Assembly (NCBI GenBank): GCA_965140415.1
Contig: OZ223209.1
Span: 1,440,001 to 1,504,000, forward strand
DNA length: 64,000 nt
Direction of reading: 5' to 3'
DNA from: Myxococcota bacterium
GTDB lineage: Bacteria; Myxococcota_A; SURF-8
Positions within the stretch are counted from its first letter, which is position 1, and each line of letters starts with the position of its first letter. The position numbers and the translations under genes were made by a program. The notes beneath the pieces were generated by a model. The model was not told the origin of the DNA. It made no database searches and saw only the letters and a program-made list of their open reading frames with translations. Of this stretch, positions 61,916 to 64,000 are shown one piece after another.

Positions 61916-63484
61916 TCAACGCCGTTGCGAAAGCAACTCCTCGTAGGTCGATTTGGCCTGTTCGGCCAGATGGGGCTGACCCAGTTGGGCGTAACAGGTT
62001 CGCAGCAATCCATAAATGCGCGGATCGAAGGGATTGATGCCGAAGGCGTACTGCAACTGCGTTACGGCCCGTTCGTAGTCGCCCATCGCCGCGTAGGCAT
62101 GGCCCAGCCGGATGTGCGTCGGCAGCCAGTTCGGCGAAAGCGGCAGGATAGGTTTTAGTTCCCGTACCGCATCCTGGTAGCGCTCGTTGTCGATGTCGCT
62201 TTGGGCGAGGTAGTTCTGCAACAGAATGTTTTCGTTTCCCAGCACTCCCTGCGCTTTTTCAAATTCGATTCCGGCGGCTTTGGAATGCTGACGATCCTTT
62301 AAAAGCTTGCCAAGAGTCATCAGGTTTCTGCCCTTGGTTTTCTTGATCTGCCGGATTTCCTTTTCCTCATCGGTGGTGCTGTCGCCGAAAAGGATGGAAT
62401 AGTCGTTGACGATGCCGTCCCGCTCGCGCAGATTGCGGATCTGCATGGCATGACGCCACTTGCGCTGCAAGGTGTCCATGCCGAAACCGTAAACCTTCAT
62501 AAAGGCAGCGTTCAGGTTCTCGCCTTGCCCAAGCGTTTGCAGCAGTTGTTGCAAGCCCGCTCCGCCGCGCAGATTGTGCAACCACTGAATGATGGTCAGC
62601 ACTTCCGCGAAAGCGAGCGCGGTGTGTTCCTGACTGGGCAGGTAGGCCATCGAGGGGCTGATGTCCTCCAGCGTAACGAGCTTGTTTTCCTTCAGTGCGC
62701 GTGCAAGCAGAGCTTCGGCACTGGCTTCCAACTCACCGCCCGTTTTGCGCCGCCAGCGTTCCTCGTGAAACTTGGCCAGCCCTTCGTGCAGCCAGATGGG
62801 AACGTTATTCCCGCCGATGCGCGAAATCACCAGGTGTACATACTCGTGGTTGACCGTGTCGCGCCAGGGATAGCCCAAAGGCGACACGCGCGGGGAGGTG
62901 ATCATCAGCCGGTTGAATTTGCAGATGGCGATGACGCCGGAGGTCATCAGGTTTTCCAGCGTCAGTCCCGTCGCCCGCGCCAGCATACCCAGTTCGGGGT
63001 AAATCTCCAGAACGATACGATCCGGCGGCGCATAGCCGAGGTCTTTTTTCAAGGCCGCGTAGCTTTTCTCCAAAGTATCCAGGGCCGCATCGGCCAGCAG
63101 CGCGTCTTTATCCGGGCGGTAACGCACCTCGAAATGCGCGCTCTGTTTGCTGGCAAAGCCCTGGACATTGTCGTAAACGGCCTGCAACAGCGGTGCATAA
63201 TCCTGCCGTCGCTTGTCATCGGGACGATACCCGGCGGCGCCGTTAAGGTATTCCAGCGCCGTTTCATAGTCGCTCATTTCGAAGGCATAGCGGCCCATCA
63301 GGTACATCGCCTCGGGGGATTCGTCTCCCTCCTGCTGCAATTGGGCGACGACTTTCCCCGCTTCGTTGCGCTGCCAGTTGTCCAACAACAGGTGTGCCTG
63401 CTCGATGGTTTCGGGCGAGGCCCACAGCGAGTTCGACCACAAGAGCAGGATAAATAACGGCATAAATAACCAGGCACGTTTCAT
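61916..63484 (-). CDS. Secreted TPR protein with MA-clan zinc metallopeptidase domain
   Basis: Signal peptide, HEYVH...P.WLHEGLA gluzincin motif, flanking TPRs. Confidence 0.85.
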   Translation of the reverse strand: MKRAWLFMPLFILLLWSNSLWASPETIEQAHLLLDNWQRNEAGKVVAQLQQEGDESPEAMYLMGRYAFEMSDYETALEYLNGAAGYRPDDKRRQDYAPLLQAVYDNVQGFASKQSAHFEVRYRPDKDALLADAALDTLEKSYAALKKDLGYAPPDRIVLEIYPELGMLARATGLTLENLMTSGVIAICKFNRLMITSPRVSPLGYPWRDTVNHEYVHLVISRIGGNNVPIWLHEGLAKFHEERWRRKTGGELEASAEALLARALKENKLVTLEDISPSMAYLPSQEHTALAFAEVLTIIQWLHNLRGGAGLQQLLQTLGQGENLNAAFMKVYGFGMDTLQRKWRHAMQIRNLRERDGIVNDYSILFGDSTTDEEKEIRQIKKTKGRNLMTLGKLLKDRQHSKAAGIEFEKAQGVLGNENILLQNYLAQSDIDNERYQDAVRELKPILPLSPNWLPTHIRLGHAYAAMGDYERAVTQLQYAFGINPFDPRIYGLLRTCYAQLGQPHLAEQAKSTYEELLSQRR

Positions 63485-64000
63485 TTCACCAGCTCCTTAT
63501 AGTATTGCTTGTTCTGTTGGGTGTAGTCTTCGGGAGCCTTGCGTTTCATTGCTTCCAGTAAATCTTCGCGCAGTTCCTTGGGCGTGCGGTATTCCTCCGC
63601 CTGCGGAATGACGACTTTCTCCTGTTTCAGCTGCCGCCCACCGGGGCGTTGACCGTCGCGCATGTTGGGTTTCATGCCGCCGAACTTCATACCGCTCTGC
63701 ATCTGCTGCATGGCCTGCTGCATGCCGTCTTGCAACTGTTGCAACTGGTGAATCGCCTGCTGCTGCTGTCCCTGCGCCGGACCCGGCTGCAACTTTTGCA
63801 GATTCTCGCGCGAACGCTCCATACCCTGGTTGGCGTCGTGCATCTGCTGCATGGCGTTTTGCGGCATAAAGGGAACTTCGTCCATCAGTTCGGAGATATC
63901 GCGATTGAGCTTGTAGCCTTCGCGCAGCAACTCTTCCTGATTCTGGCGCATCTGCTGCATTTGCGCTTTCTGCTGGGAATCCATCAGCTTGTTAGGATCG
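63481..64000 (-). CDS. C-terminal part of a DUF4175-like Gln-rich coiled-coil protein (start outside window)
   Basis: Q-rich helices ending V.IP..EEY..PKELREDLLEAMK..P..Y....K.YYKELVK. Confidence 0.75.
   Translation of the reverse strand, partial: DPNKLMDSQQKAQMQQMRQNQEELLREGYKLNRDISELMDEVPFMPQNAMQQMHDANQGMERSRENLQKLQPGPAQGQQQQAIHQLQQLQDGMQQAMQQMQSGMKFGGMKPNMRDGQRPGGRQLKQEKVVIPQAEEYRTPKELREDLLEAMKRKAPEDYTQQNKQYYKELVK

Noticed and set aside
62450-63457. 335-aa plus-strand ORF
   Set aside because: Antisense to a clear TPR-metallopeptidase gene; no independent evidence

Overview
Bacterial chromosomal window of mid-to-high GC. The gene complement looks deltaproteobacterial/Myxococcota-like: pilA followed by a pilGHI/xap-like ABC module, a PilZ protein, a TIGR02265-like protein, a zinc-ribbon/Pro-Glu/TPR membrane protein and a DUF4175-like protein. 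The centrepiece (about 4.9-18.3 kb) is a dissimilatory sulfite reduction block: siroheme synthesis genes, dsrD placed upstream as its own transcription unit, short-form dsrAB, dsrN, a TPR gene and dsrC. It is flanked by a divergent run of three ferritin-like genes plus a DVU0298-like gene, and by apbC downstream. The rest is housekeeping (sua5-like, queA, tgt, tRNA-CAT, guaBA, lptD, lysC, rpoD, dnaG, dut, addB-like), a sigma54-driven cysteine-free type IV pilin, two low-GC islets, a secreted LPP20/FlgT/PEGA/FecR operon, a small diheme cytochrome c coupled to addB-dut, REP-like repeats, an orphan IS481-like end and several candidate structured RNAs or operators. No CRISPR array, rRNA, integrase or intact transposase was seen. 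All family assignments are by recognition of motifs by eye, not database searches.
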